A stretch of DNA of 64,000 bases, from the NCBI GenBank assembly GCA_964574355.1, contig CAZNMD010000001.1:26180-90179 (forward strand), in the 5' to 3' direction. Under the pieces are notes generated by a model. The model made no database searches. It was not told the origin of the DNA and was given only the letters and a program-made list of their open reading frames with translations. This DNA comes from an uncultured Candidatus Saccharibacteria bacterium (GTDB lineage Bacteria > Patescibacteriota > Minisyncoccia > Phycocordibacterales > DSPV01). Shown here in pieces: positions 9,478-18,628 of the stretch. The translations under genes were made by a program, and so were the position numbers. The stretch's first letter is position 1, and every line of letters starts with the position of its first letter.

Positions 9478-10701
9478 ATGCACAACTCAGATATTAAGGG
9501 TGTTCTTTCATTTATTGAAAAGAATATTGAATATCCAGACTTTACTCAAATAACAGGCGCTTCTACCAACCCCGAAATCATTGTTAAAGATCAAAAGAAA
9601 CTGATTTTTTGCTCAAATAACTATTTGGGTATTGCAACTGATCCGCGCACCAAAGAAGTGATGCACCAAGCGGTTGATACCTATGGTATGGGATCAGGCG
9701 GCTCTAGATTAGTCTCTGGAAGTACCGACGTACAAGCTCTGCTAGAGGCTAAAATTGCCTTATTTAAAGGGCAACCGGCGGCAATTACGTTTTCAACAGG
9801 TTATATGGCGAATACCGGTATTATTCCTGCCCTCATGCAGCCTCCGGGTAGTTCAACCTTAAATTACCTTAAGAATTTAACTATTTTGAGAGATAAGGCT
9901 GCAATTATCAGTGATGAGTTAAATCATGCAAGTATTGTTGATGGTATTCGACTTTCAAAAGCTGAAAAGTTTATTTACCCTCACCGTGATATGGAAAAAT
10001 TAGAGCAACTTCTCGATAAGGTTAAAAAATACAAATACAAAATGGTAGTGACTGATGGAGTATTTAGTATGGATGGTGACATCGCACCTCTTCCGGAAAT
10101 AATAAATCTAGCTCGAGCATACGACGCTACCGTTATGGTTGATGATGCACACGCAACAGGAATTATCGGAAAAACAGGTAGAGGGACCTCTGAACATTTT
10201 GAATTAAAAGATGAACCTGATGTGACAATGGGCACATTCACAAAAGTTTTTGGTGGGGTAGGTGGGTATGTGGTTGGCTCTGAAGAGCTAATCAGGTATT
10301 TAAGAGTAACCGCAAGGTCATACATATTTTCTGCACCAATCCCACCTGTCATTGCCGCAGGACTCGTGAAATCAATTGATATTGTTCAAAATGAGCCATC
10401 GTTAAGGCTCCGTTTATGGGAAAATGTTACATATCTGAAAAATTTACTGCTTGAATATGGTTTTAACACTCTTGGCAGCGAAACTCAGATAATGCCGATT
10501 TTTATTGGTGATGAAAAAAAAGCTATCGCTGTTTCGAGGCGGTTACTGGAACTTGGTTTTTATATTGCTTGTGTACGTTGGCCGGCAGTCTCTAAAGGAC
10601 AGAGCCGACTTCGTCTTACCTTAATGGCTCACCATACCAAAAAACAGATTGATTCACTTATTCATGCTCTTGTGCGAGTAAAAAACGAATACTCTTTTTA
10701 A
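9478..10701 (+). CDS. PLP-dependent alpha-oxoamine synthase (BioF/Kbl/SPT/CqsA family)
   Basis: FCSNNYLG, GSGGSRL, NHASIVDG, DGVFSMDGD, VDDAHA, GTFTK (PLP lysine), RLRL. Confidence 0.93.
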   Translation: MHNSDIKGVLSFIEKNIEYPDFTQITGASTNPEIIVKDQKKLIFCSNNYLGIATDPRTKEVMHQAVDTYGMGSGGSRLVSGSTDVQALLEAKIALFKGQPAAITFSTGYMANTGIIPALMQPPGSSTLNYLKNLTILRDKAAIISDELNHASIVDGIRLSKAEKFIYPHRDMEKLEQLLDKVKKYKYKMVVTDGVFSMDGDIAPLPEIINLARAYDATVMVDDAHATGIIGKTGRGTSEHFELKDEPDVTMGTFTKVFGGVGGYVVGSEELIRYLRVTARSYIFSAPIPPVIAAGLVKSIDIVQNEPSLRLRLWENVTYLKNLLLEYGFNTLGSETQIMPIFIGDEKKAIAVSRRLLELGFYIACVRWPAVSKGQSRLRLTLMAHHTKKQIDSLIHALVRVKNEYSF

Positions 10702-10706
10702 TCAAC

Positions 10707-11732
10707 ATGAAATACAGTGATCTTTTTAAAAAGTATCTCGCAATAAAAAAAAGTACAGGTGCAGTGTTTTACGATTCACATGTTCACCCGTTTGAAGTAT
10801 TTGGGTTAAAAAAAGAAGGTAAAGAAATAGAATTACCGGTAAACTCATCCACTTTTTCTCCAACTCTTTTAGAAAAACTTAAATTTAATGACGTTTCTTT
10901 ACTTATACTTCAAGGATTATTTCGATTTTTTCCGAAATATATACGAGGAGAAATTCGAAAAAGCTATCGACCATCTGGAGATAAAATATTACAAACATTA
11001 CTTTCGAATGCTGGTATAGACAAAGCAACACTCGTACCCATTTATCCAGAGGCGTCACCCCATGATATTTATAAAGTATTTACTGATAAGACAGCTATAA
11101 GGCTGGGCTCAGTAAATTTTTCATTATCGGAAACAGAACTTATACGAGATCTTGAAAACCAACTAAGTACCTATAAGATTCGAGGAATAAAACTGCATTC
11201 AAATATTCAGTCTTTTTACCCCAATCCAAGCGAGAATGAAGAACTTCTTGCTTTAAAATTACGCGCCACGTACAACTATGCCGAAAAAAACGGACTCTAT
11301 CTCTTATTTCATGGTGGAAGATCGTTTATTCCCGAAAACAGTATTTTTCAAAAAAAAGAATTTGCATTACCTAAACACTTTATTACTGCATTAAAAGAAT
11401 CGTTGAATACAATTAGGGTACCCATTATCATTGCACATTTGGGAGTTTATAACATTCCTAGTCCCCACATAGATGACCTGCGGCCACTTATAGAACATGA
11501 TAATGTGTATTTTGACACCGCAGGTGTAAACCCAAAACATGCTGTCAATTTTTTGAAGTTATATGGCTCAAAACGCTTGATCTTTGGCTCTGATGCTCAA
11601 TATTTTAATTGCAAGCATGCGGTAGTACTGCTTCTTGGAGCACTGAATAAATTTAATCCTAGTGATTTTGAAGAAAACGTCTTAAATGTTTTTAGCACCA
11701 CATATGAACATCTCATTTTAAAGACCAGCTAG
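10707..11732 (+). CDS. Amidohydrolase-superfamily metalloenzyme (Amidohydro_2-like)
   Basis: DSHVH, GIKLH, FHGG, IIAHLG, YFDTA, LIFGSD. Confidence 0.88.
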   Translation: MKYSDLFKKYLAIKKSTGAVFYDSHVHPFEVFGLKKEGKEIELPVNSSTFSPTLLEKLKFNDVSLLILQGLFRFFPKYIRGEIRKSYRPSGDKILQTLLSNAGIDKATLVPIYPEASPHDIYKVFTDKTAIRLGSVNFSLSETELIRDLENQLSTYKIRGIKLHSNIQSFYPNPSENEELLALKLRATYNYAEKNGLYLLFHGGRSFIPENSIFQKKEFALPKHFITALKESLNTIRVPIIIAHLGVYNIPSPHIDDLRPLIEHDNVYFDTAGVNPKHAVNFLKLYGSKRLIFGSDAQYFNCKHAVVLLLGALNKFNPSDFEENVLNVFSTTYEHLILKTS

Positions 11733-11735
11733 CAT

Positions 11736-13322
11736 ATGCAATATATAATCCTTTTTTTTAGTCTCATAAATTTACTACTGGGTATTATTGTATTAATGCA
11801 TAGTAAACATGAACGAGACAAAGTATCTTTTCTTGCGTTTGCTCTCGTTGCAAGTTTTTGGACTTTTAATAATTTTTTACTCCGACTTAGTCCTGACGTA
11901 GCAACAATTAGAATTTCTTATGGTCTTGGACTTACAGTAGCAACATTCGGACTTATTTGGACATTCTTTTTTCTTAAGAAGAACTTACCGAAACTGGTTA
12001 AATTTGTCATTGTTCCTATTTCGGCACTCTTCTTCTTTATCACTCTCTTTAGCGATACGATCGTCTTAAGTCTCCGATCAGTTGAAACACTTGGGTATGA
12101 GGGTTCATTAGGATCACTTTTTTACCTGTATTCCTTCTATATTTCGCTTGTTTTTCTTTCAATTATTGGTGTTTTGTTTAATGAATATCGAACAACAAAC
12201 GATACCGAAAAGAAAAAACAAGTCGGAACAATTCTCGCAGGAGCTCTATTTTTTACTGCAGTGTCATCAATTGTTAGTTTTGTTATCCCAATCTTTTTTC
12301 AAACGTTACGATTTACAATACTAGACAATTTCAGCTTCTCTATTTTTCTTGGATCAATCGTGTACACAATCCTTAGACACAGATTTTTGGATATAAAAAT
12401 CGCAGTTACTGAAATCTTCACATTTCTCCTTTGGGGACTACTTCTCATGCGCGTTATTTTATGGACAGATCTTAACGATTTTCTTGTTGGTTGTGTAATA
12501 TTAATTTCTAGTGTTATCTTTGGAATCTTTTTAATTAGAAGTGTGCTAAGTGAAATTTCTCAACGAGAACATATTGAAAAACTTGCCGGAGAACTCTCTA
12601 AAGCTAATACGCGACTCAAAGAAATTGATAAACAAAAATCGGAATTCGTCTCCTTTGCCAGCCATCAATTACGCTCACCTCTCACGGCCATAAAGGGTTA
12701 TGCATCAATGATTCTTGAAGGTGATTTTGGTGCCGTTACTGACGGTCTCAAAGACGCCGTCGAGAAAATTTTTGAATCATCAAAAACACTTGCGAATGTG
12801 GTTGATGACTACCTCAATATTTCTCGTATTGAACTTGGAACAATGAAATATAATTTCATACCGCTTGATTTACGAGAGCTTACAGAAAATGTCATTGGCG
12901 AATTAAAACCAAACTTTGAAAAAGCTGGCGTAACGCTTTCTTTTGCTTGCGACACATCACAGACGTATCGAGTAAATGCTGACCCAGATAAACTAAAACA
13001 AGTTATTGCCAACATCATTGATAACTCGATGAAATACTCACCTAAAGGTGCTTCAAAAATTAGTGTTTCGCGAGATGATACTCGAAAAATTGCCCGTTTT
13101 GAGATCAGCGATAACGGAATTGGAATGTCTTCCGTTACACTCGCAAAACTCTTCAACAAATTCACACGAGCTGATAATGCCAATCAGACAAATATTCGTG
13201 GAACCGGTCTTGGCCTCTATGTTGCGAGAGATATTATTGGCGCTCATAAAGGTAAAATTTGGGCAGAATCAGATGGTGAAGGGAAGGGTTCAAAATTTAT
13301 TTTTGAGTTAGCTCTTATATAA
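11736..13322 (+). CDS. Sensor histidine kinase with multi-TM (HisKA_7TM-like) N-terminal domain
   Basis: Multi-TM N-terminus; SHQLRSPL, IIDNSMKY, DNGIG, GTGLGL boxes all canonical. Confidence 0.95.
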   Translation: MQYIILFFSLINLLLGIIVLMHSKHERDKVSFLAFALVASFWTFNNFLLRLSPDVATIRISYGLGLTVATFGLIWTFFFLKKNLPKLVKFVIVPISALFFFITLFSDTIVLSLRSVETLGYEGSLGSLFYLYSFYISLVFLSIIGVLFNEYRTTNDTEKKKQVGTILAGALFFTAVSSIVSFVIPIFFQTLRFTILDNFSFSIFLGSIVYTILRHRFLDIKIAVTEIFTFLLWGLLLMRVILWTDLNDFLVGCVILISSVIFGIFLIRSVLSEISQREHIEKLAGELSKANTRLKEIDKQKSEFVSFASHQLRSPLTAIKGYASMILEGDFGAVTDGLKDAVEKIFESSKTLANVVDDYLNISRIELGTMKYNFIPLDLRELTENVIGELKPNFEKAGVTLSFACDTSQTYRVNADPDKLKQVIANIIDNSMKYSPKGASKISVSRDDTRKIARFEISDNGIGMSSVTLAKLFNKFTRADNANQTNIRGTGLGLYVARDIIGAHKGKIWAESDGEGKGSKFIFELALI

Positions 13323-13324
13323 AT

Positions 13325-13774
13325 ATGCCGAAAGATTTTTCATATGGTGTAATTCCCGTATACAAAGGAGAAGGCGGGGTCGTTTCTGTACTCATTGTTG
13401 CCAAGGGAAAAAAGGATGGGGAAAAATGGTGGGGTTTTCCAAAAGGACACCCAGAATCGACAGATAAAACGATACGAGAAAGCGCCTTACGGGAATTCAA
13501 AGAAGAAACTGGTCTTATTCCTACCTTTTTGGGTGAAAAAGAATACTTTGATCACTACATCATTGAACGTAACGGAGAGTTAAAAGATAAAACGGTCACT
13601 TATTTTGTGGGCATCGTAGACACAACAGAAGTAACCATTGATAAAGAAGAACTTGATGAATACCGGTGGGTACCAAGCAACCTTGTCGATCATTTTCTTA
13701 CTCGAGACTCAACAAAATCTATGTACTACCAAGCAGAACATGAAGTAGAAAATATCGGTATAAAAACCACTTAG
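13325..13774 (+). CDS. Nudix hydrolase (Ap4A-hydrolase-like)
   Basis: WGFPKGH...ALREFKEETGL Nudix box. Confidence 0.9.
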   Translation: MPKDFSYGVIPVYKGEGGVVSVLIVAKGKKDGEKWWGFPKGHPESTDKTIRESALREFKEETGLIPTFLGEKEYFDHYIIERNGELKDKTVTYFVGIVDTTEVTIDKEELDEYRWVPSNLVDHFLTRDSTKSMYYQAEHEVENIGIKTT

Positions 13775-13776
13775 CC

Positions 13777-15168
13777 TTAGTCTAATTTGCCGTGAAGATA
13801 CGAGGAAATTTCAGAAATTTTTATTCGTTCTTGTTTCATTGAATCACGGTCGCGAATTGTCACACACTCATCTTTTTCAACAGTATCAAAATCAACTACC
13901 ACACAAAAAGGAGTACCTATCTCATCTTGTCGACGATATCGTTTACCAATGTTTCCATTGTCGTCATACATCACTCGACCAAACTCTTTTTTCAATGCTT
14001 TAAAAATAGCTTCAGCTTTCTCAACCAAAACAGGTTTATTACGAAGAAGTGGAGAAACAGCAACTAGTACAGGAGCTACTTTTGGTGAAAAGCGCATAAC
14101 GACACGTTCATCACCTTCTTTTACAACCTCTTTTGTATAAGCACTCGAAAGAACCGCCAGAAGAGTTCTATCTAAACCGAATGAAGGCTCGATACAATGA
14201 GGAATAAACCGTTCCTTGGTATCTTCGTCCAAATAAGACAAATCCATGCCGCTATCGCGTCCGTGGGCGCTTAAATCGTAATCTGTACGATAAGCAAGAC
14301 CATACAACTCTTTGCGACCAAAAGGGAAGTCGAATTCAAAATCAATAGTACGTTTACTATAAAATGCACGGTCAGCATCAGAAATTTCGTTCTCATGAAC
14401 GTTATTTTTTTGTATACCGACATCAGCATTAAACGCATGAACTTCTTTTACAAAATCATTGAACACTCTTTCCCACTCTTTTGGATTTACAAAATATTCA
14501 ATTTCCATCTGCTCAAACTCACGCGATCGAAATGTAAAATCACGTGGAGCAATTTCATTTCGAAAAGCTTTACCAATTTGAGCCAAACCAAAAGGAAGTT
14601 TCGGATGAAGGGAATCCATCACATTTTTGAAATTCACAAACATTCCTTGGGCAGTTTCAGGTCGAAGATACGAAATTGATGTTTCATCTTGCATCGCTCC
14701 AACATGTGTTTTAAACATCATGTTAAATTGACGAACCTCACCAAGCAGATTACCTTCAGGACTTTTAATCCCCTTTTCTTTAATAATTTTTGCCATATCC
14801 TCAAGCTTCATTCCCCGAACATCAATTCCAGCATCTTCAAGAAGGTGGTCTGCGCGATACCGCTTACCAGTTTTCATATCATTAACAAGAGGGTCAGCAA
14901 ACCCACCAACATGTCCTGTTGCTACCCACACCTTCGGATTCATTAAAATAGACGCATCCACGCCGTACATATCGTCACGATCAAGCACAAACCGTTTCCA
15001 CCACAATCGACGTATATTTTCTTTTAAAGAAACACCGAGGGGACCATAATCCCATGTTCCAGCTAAACCACCATAAATTTCAGAGCCTTGAAAAATAAAA
15101 CCTCGACGCTTGCATAATGAAACAAGCTCTTCCATTACCTGATTTTTTTCTTCGGTTTTCTTTGCCAT
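13777..15168 (-). CDS. glyQS: Glycine--tRNA ligase, alpha2 type
   Basis: LRPETAQG, IGKAFRNEI, REFEQME, IEPSFGLDR, IGKRYRRQDEIG. Confidence 0.98.
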   Translation of the reverse strand: MAKKTEEKNQVMEELVSLCKRRGFIFQGSEIYGGLAGTWDYGPLGVSLKENIRRLWWKRFVLDRDDMYGVDASILMNPKVWVATGHVGGFADPLVNDMKTGKRYRADHLLEDAGIDVRGMKLEDMAKIIKEKGIKSPEGNLLGEVRQFNMMFKTHVGAMQDETSISYLRPETAQGMFVNFKNVMDSLHPKLPFGLAQIGKAFRNEIAPRDFTFRSREFEQMEIEYFVNPKEWERVFNDFVKEVHAFNADVGIQKNNVHENEISDADRAFYSKRTIDFEFDFPFGRKELYGLAYRTDYDLSAHGRDSGMDLSYLDEDTKERFIPHCIEPSFGLDRTLLAVLSSAYTKEVVKEGDERVVMRFSPKVAPVLVAVSPLLRNKPVLVEKAEAIFKALKKEFGRVMYDDNGNIGKRYRRQDEIGTPFCVVVDFDTVEKDECVTIRDRDSMKQERIKISEISSYLHGKLD

Positions 15169-15181
15169 ATATCGTGATACG

Positions 15182-15752
15182 TTATGGCGTAATACTATAT
15201 GAAAATACGTTTTTTGTCCCAGTCCTTTTACAGTCCTTACCTATAAACTTCTCAGACAAAAATCCCAGCACCGAGGTCATACGGGCTCGTGCTTCGCACA
15301 TACCGAAGGATGCGCTATTCGCGCCCGCACTCGCCCTGGGCTGGTACGGGATTAGTATTTGCACTTCGCAGTTTCTGCTTGCAGAGAAACGTGCGAGCAA
15401 ATACTAAAAAAATAAGGCCGCCACCTACTTTGCTCACGCAAAACAAGTATTGGCCCATAAACCTACTCGCCGTTACCTGAAGGAAGATTCCGCATCTTTC
15501 CCAAAAGGCGACGAAGTTCTTCACCATGAAAATCTCTGACAAGGTCACTGCCACCCGGACATGAAACCAAACCGTCTCTGACAGGATCCATGTGACAAGA
15601 CCTTTTCCCAACACAAGAATCTCCTCGTAAACGAAACACCGTGAGGACGTCATTGGTTGGTGGCACAGGTCTGCCGCATTTTGTACAAAGCGGCAAAATA
15701 TAGCCTGGTTCTTTTTGCATAACAATCCTTTTTGTTTAGTTGTTCTGTTCAC
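15182..15752 (-). other. Orphan coding region of uncertain frame (overlapping ORFs 15315-15752 and 15182-15400; possibly a frameshifted gene)
   Basis: No recognisable motifs; fills the gap between divergent glyQS and trpS. Confidence 0.3.
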
Positions 15753-15861
15753 AATGAGCAGTACGTTTGAACTTTTAAAAGTCCATCCAACTTTACAATA
15801 CTCTTTTGGTCAAAAAGTACAAAGGAAAAGCTGCTTTAACTGAAAGCATATTTTTGATACG

Positions 15862-16821
15862 ATGGAGAGTATGATTCAAAAGAAAATTCTCCTTTCTGGT
15901 GTAAAGCCGACAGGATTGCCACACATCGGCAATTATTTTGGCGCGATGAAACAATTTGTCGATTTGCAAGATGAATACCAGTGTTACTACATGATTGCCG
16001 ACTATCACGCCCTAAACCTCATACAACGCCCAAAAGAAATGCGAGAACTTACTGAAAGTCTTATTCTTGATTATCTCGCCATTGGTCTTGATCCAAAAAA
16101 AGTAATAATTTTTAAGCAATCTGCTGTTTCAGCTCACACAGAATTGGCTTGGATTTTTGACACAATTACCACCATGCCATATTTAATGCGCGCACACGCC
16201 TTTAAAGATGCAGAGGCAAAGGATAAAGAAATTAGTGTTGGAACATTCAACTACCCAATGCTTATGGCCGCCGATATCCTTTTATATGACGCCGATGTTG
16301 TACCCGTAGGACAGGACCAAAAACAGCATATCGAATACACACGCGACACGGCAGAAAAATTCAATCGCCTATTTGGTGAGACGTTTAAATTACCCAATCC
16401 AATTATCTACGAACACGTTGCGACTGTACCTGGAACTGATGGTAAAAAGATGAGTAAAAGTTATGGCAATACGATTCCGTTATTCGCCGATAAAGACGAA
16501 ATCGCAAAACTTGTTATGAGTATCGTGACCGACTCAGCTGCCGGTGTTCCAACAAATGTCTATGCCATCCATTCACTACTTAAAGACAAAGCTTCACTCG
16601 ACGCCCTCTATGAGGAGAAAAAAGGGAAGTATAAAGATCTGAAAGACGCTCTCATCAGTGACCTTGAAACCTTTATTGCACCACTTCGGGCTCGTCGTGC
16701 TGAACTTACAAAAGACAAGACTTATATTCAGGCGGTCCTTTCCGAAGGATCAGCAACTGCTCGTGAAATTACCGAAGCTAAAATGAAAGTGGTTCGTGAA
16801 AAAATTGGAGTAAGCAACTAA
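15862..16821 (+). CDS. trpS: Tryptophan--tRNA ligase
   Basis: SGVKPTG, HIGN, YPMLMAADIL, GQDQKQH, KMSKS. Confidence 0.98.
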   Translation: MESMIQKKILLSGVKPTGLPHIGNYFGAMKQFVDLQDEYQCYYMIADYHALNLIQRPKEMRELTESLILDYLAIGLDPKKVIIFKQSAVSAHTELAWIFDTITTMPYLMRAHAFKDAEAKDKEISVGTFNYPMLMAADILLYDADVVPVGQDQKQHIEYTRDTAEKFNRLFGETFKLPNPIIYEHVATVPGTDGKKMSKSYGNTIPLFADKDEIAKLVMSIVTDSAAGVPTNVYAIHSLLKDKASLDALYEEKKGKYKDLKDALISDLETFIAPLRARRAELTKDKTYIQAVLSEGSATAREITEAKMKVVREKIGVSN

Positions 16822-17294
16822 GCCTCTCTCAACAAATTTTCAACATCAAGCGGTTCGGTGACCATCTCAACTTCACCGTCATTTTTAACTTTCCATTGAT
16901 CTTTTGGTCTATCCACGTACAACTCGACACCGATACCATCAGGATCATTTAAATAAATTGCTTCCGATACTCCATGGTCAGCCGCACCACCAAGAGGATA
17001 GTCGGCATCAAGCAAGCGCTTTAAGATTTTTGCTAATTCCTTACGCGTCGGAAAGAGGATTGCAAAATGATATAAGCCGGTACGACCGTGAGGAGGAGGA
17101 AGGGCACCTTTTCCAGACCACGTATTTAAACCGATATGGTGATGGTATCCCCCAGCCGAAAGAAATACCGCACGGTCGTCGTAGCGTGCCGTGACCTCAA
17201 AACCAAGTAAATCGCGATAAAATTCAAGCGATTTATCTAAATCAGACACTGTAAGATGTACATGACCAATGCCAACCTGTGGATGAATACTCAT
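16818..17294 (-). CDS. VOC/glyoxalase family protein (single-domain, CatE-like)
   Basis: IGHVHL, YHHHIGLNTW, GLYHFA, DHGVSEAIYLNDPDG. Confidence 0.88.
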   Translation of the reverse strand: MSIHPQVGIGHVHLTVSDLDKSLEFYRDLLGFEVTARYDDRAVFLSAGGYHHHIGLNTWSGKGALPPPHGRTGLYHFAILFPTRKELAKILKRLLDADYPLGGAADHGVSEAIYLNDPDGIGVELYVDRPKDQWKVKNDGEVEMVTEPLDVENLLREA

Positions 17295-17411
17295 CTAGTC
17301 ATTTTACACCAGTACACCATTCTTTTGTTCTAGAGTGGCTCAGGTTAGGTTATAATTACGGGGAATCACGTATATCTAAATACGTACCTTTATAAATAAA
17401 CGTTTGTTTTT

Positions 17412-18005
17412 ATGAAAGCAAAGAAATATATAGCTGAGGCGCTCGGAACATTCGCTCTCACCGCCGCTGTTGCATTATCACTCGCGGGAGTATTTCCTGT
17501 ATCAACACCGGTTATTGCAGCACTCGTTCTTGGTTTATTCGTCTACTCACTTGGTCACATCTCTGGCACACACATTAATCCAGCCGTCACAATCGGCGCA
17601 TGGTCTATTGGGAAAATAAAAACTCCTGATGCTTTTGCATACATCGTTTCTCAATTTATTGGTTCTGTCCTTGCCCTTATTCTCGTTAACAGCACCACAA
17701 TCCCAGTCGAAGCTTCGATGATAAATAGCCTTCCTGTGTTTTTTGCAGAAGCTTTTGGTATGGCATTTTTTACCTTTGGAATAGCCTCTGTTGTTTATGG
17801 AAAAACCCCAGCTCCTATGTCAGGATTTGTGGTTGGTGGTTCGCTCCTCCTTGGTATTACATTTGCAGCACTCCTAGGTTCAGATGGTATTCTTAATCCT
17901 GCAGTAGCTCTTGGGGTTGGATCACTTAATCTTGTCTACGCACTAGGACCAATTATTGGATCTATTGTTGGTATGCAAACCTATCGGGCACTCGCGAGCG
18001 AATAA
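17412..18005 (+). CDS. Aquaporin / MIP channel
   Basis: AEALGT, SGTHINPAVT and second NPA (LNPAVA), six TMs. Confidence 0.92.
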   Translation: MKAKKYIAEALGTFALTAAVALSLAGVFPVSTPVIAALVLGLFVYSLGHISGTHINPAVTIGAWSIGKIKTPDAFAYIVSQFIGSVLALILVNSTTIPVEASMINSLPVFFAEAFGMAFFTFGIASVVYGKTPAPMSGFVVGGSLLLGITFAALLGSDGILNPAVALGVGSLNLVYALGPIIGSIVGMQTYRALASE

Positions 18006-18100
18006 GGTTCCATCATGTTTTATTCACGTTTAAACTAGAGAATAGCCACTAAGAGCTATACTGAATAGTAAAAAATTATTTTTATCTAATACTAAAAAAT

Positions 18101-18547
18101 ATGGACGGAGAAACACAGCAACCAATGCGATCAGACGGAAATGGAAAATCATTAATTTTTATTATTGCAATTCTTATTATTTTGGCTGGCGTTGGTTATG
18201 CCATCTGGAGTAATAAGACAAAGCAAGCAGCACCTGTCGAAACAACCCCTCTCACTACGGAAGTTAATTCGAACGCAATTGTGTTCAATATCACTGGAAA
18301 AATGTTCGAATATTCGATTAAGGAGATCAGGGTCAAAAAAGGAGATCTTGTTACCATCAACTTTGAAAGTACCGATGGTCTCCACGATATAGTAAACGAT
18401 GAAATAGGATTTAGAACCGAAGCAGTTAATCCAGGAAAGAAAACTTCTTTAACGTTTCTCGCCGATAAAACAGGAACATTTGAATACTACTGCTCAATTG
18501 GTCAGCATCGCCAAAATGGCATGGTCGGAAAATTAATAATTGAATAG
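18101..18547 (+). CDS. Membrane-anchored cupredoxin (type-1 copper)
   Basis: N-terminal TM; GLH ... YYCSIGQHRQNGM gives His/Cys/His/Met ligands. Confidence 0.88.
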   Translation: MDGETQQPMRSDGNGKSLIFIIAILIILAGVGYAIWSNKTKQAAPVETTPLTTEVNSNAIVFNITGKMFEYSIKEIRVKKGDLVTINFESTDGLHDIVNDEIGFRTEAVNPGKKTSLTFLADKTGTFEYYCSIGQHRQNGMVGKLIIE

Positions 18548-18562
18548 TCACATAAAACAACA

Positions 18563-18592
18563 TAAAAAATTCCGCGAAAGCGGAATTTTTTA
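18563..18592 (+). terminator. Intrinsic terminator
   Basis: AAAAAATTCCGC-GAAA-GCGGAATTTTTT. Confidence 0.85.
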
Positions 18593-18628
18593 CAATAGAT
18601 AAATCAAAATGTTATACTGGCTTAACGT

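Noticed and set aside
9478-10701. Naming the gene bioF or cqsA
   Set aside because: Family membership is clear, but there are no other biotin genes in the window and the motifs do not match CqsA specifically; the substrate cannot be assigned by eye.
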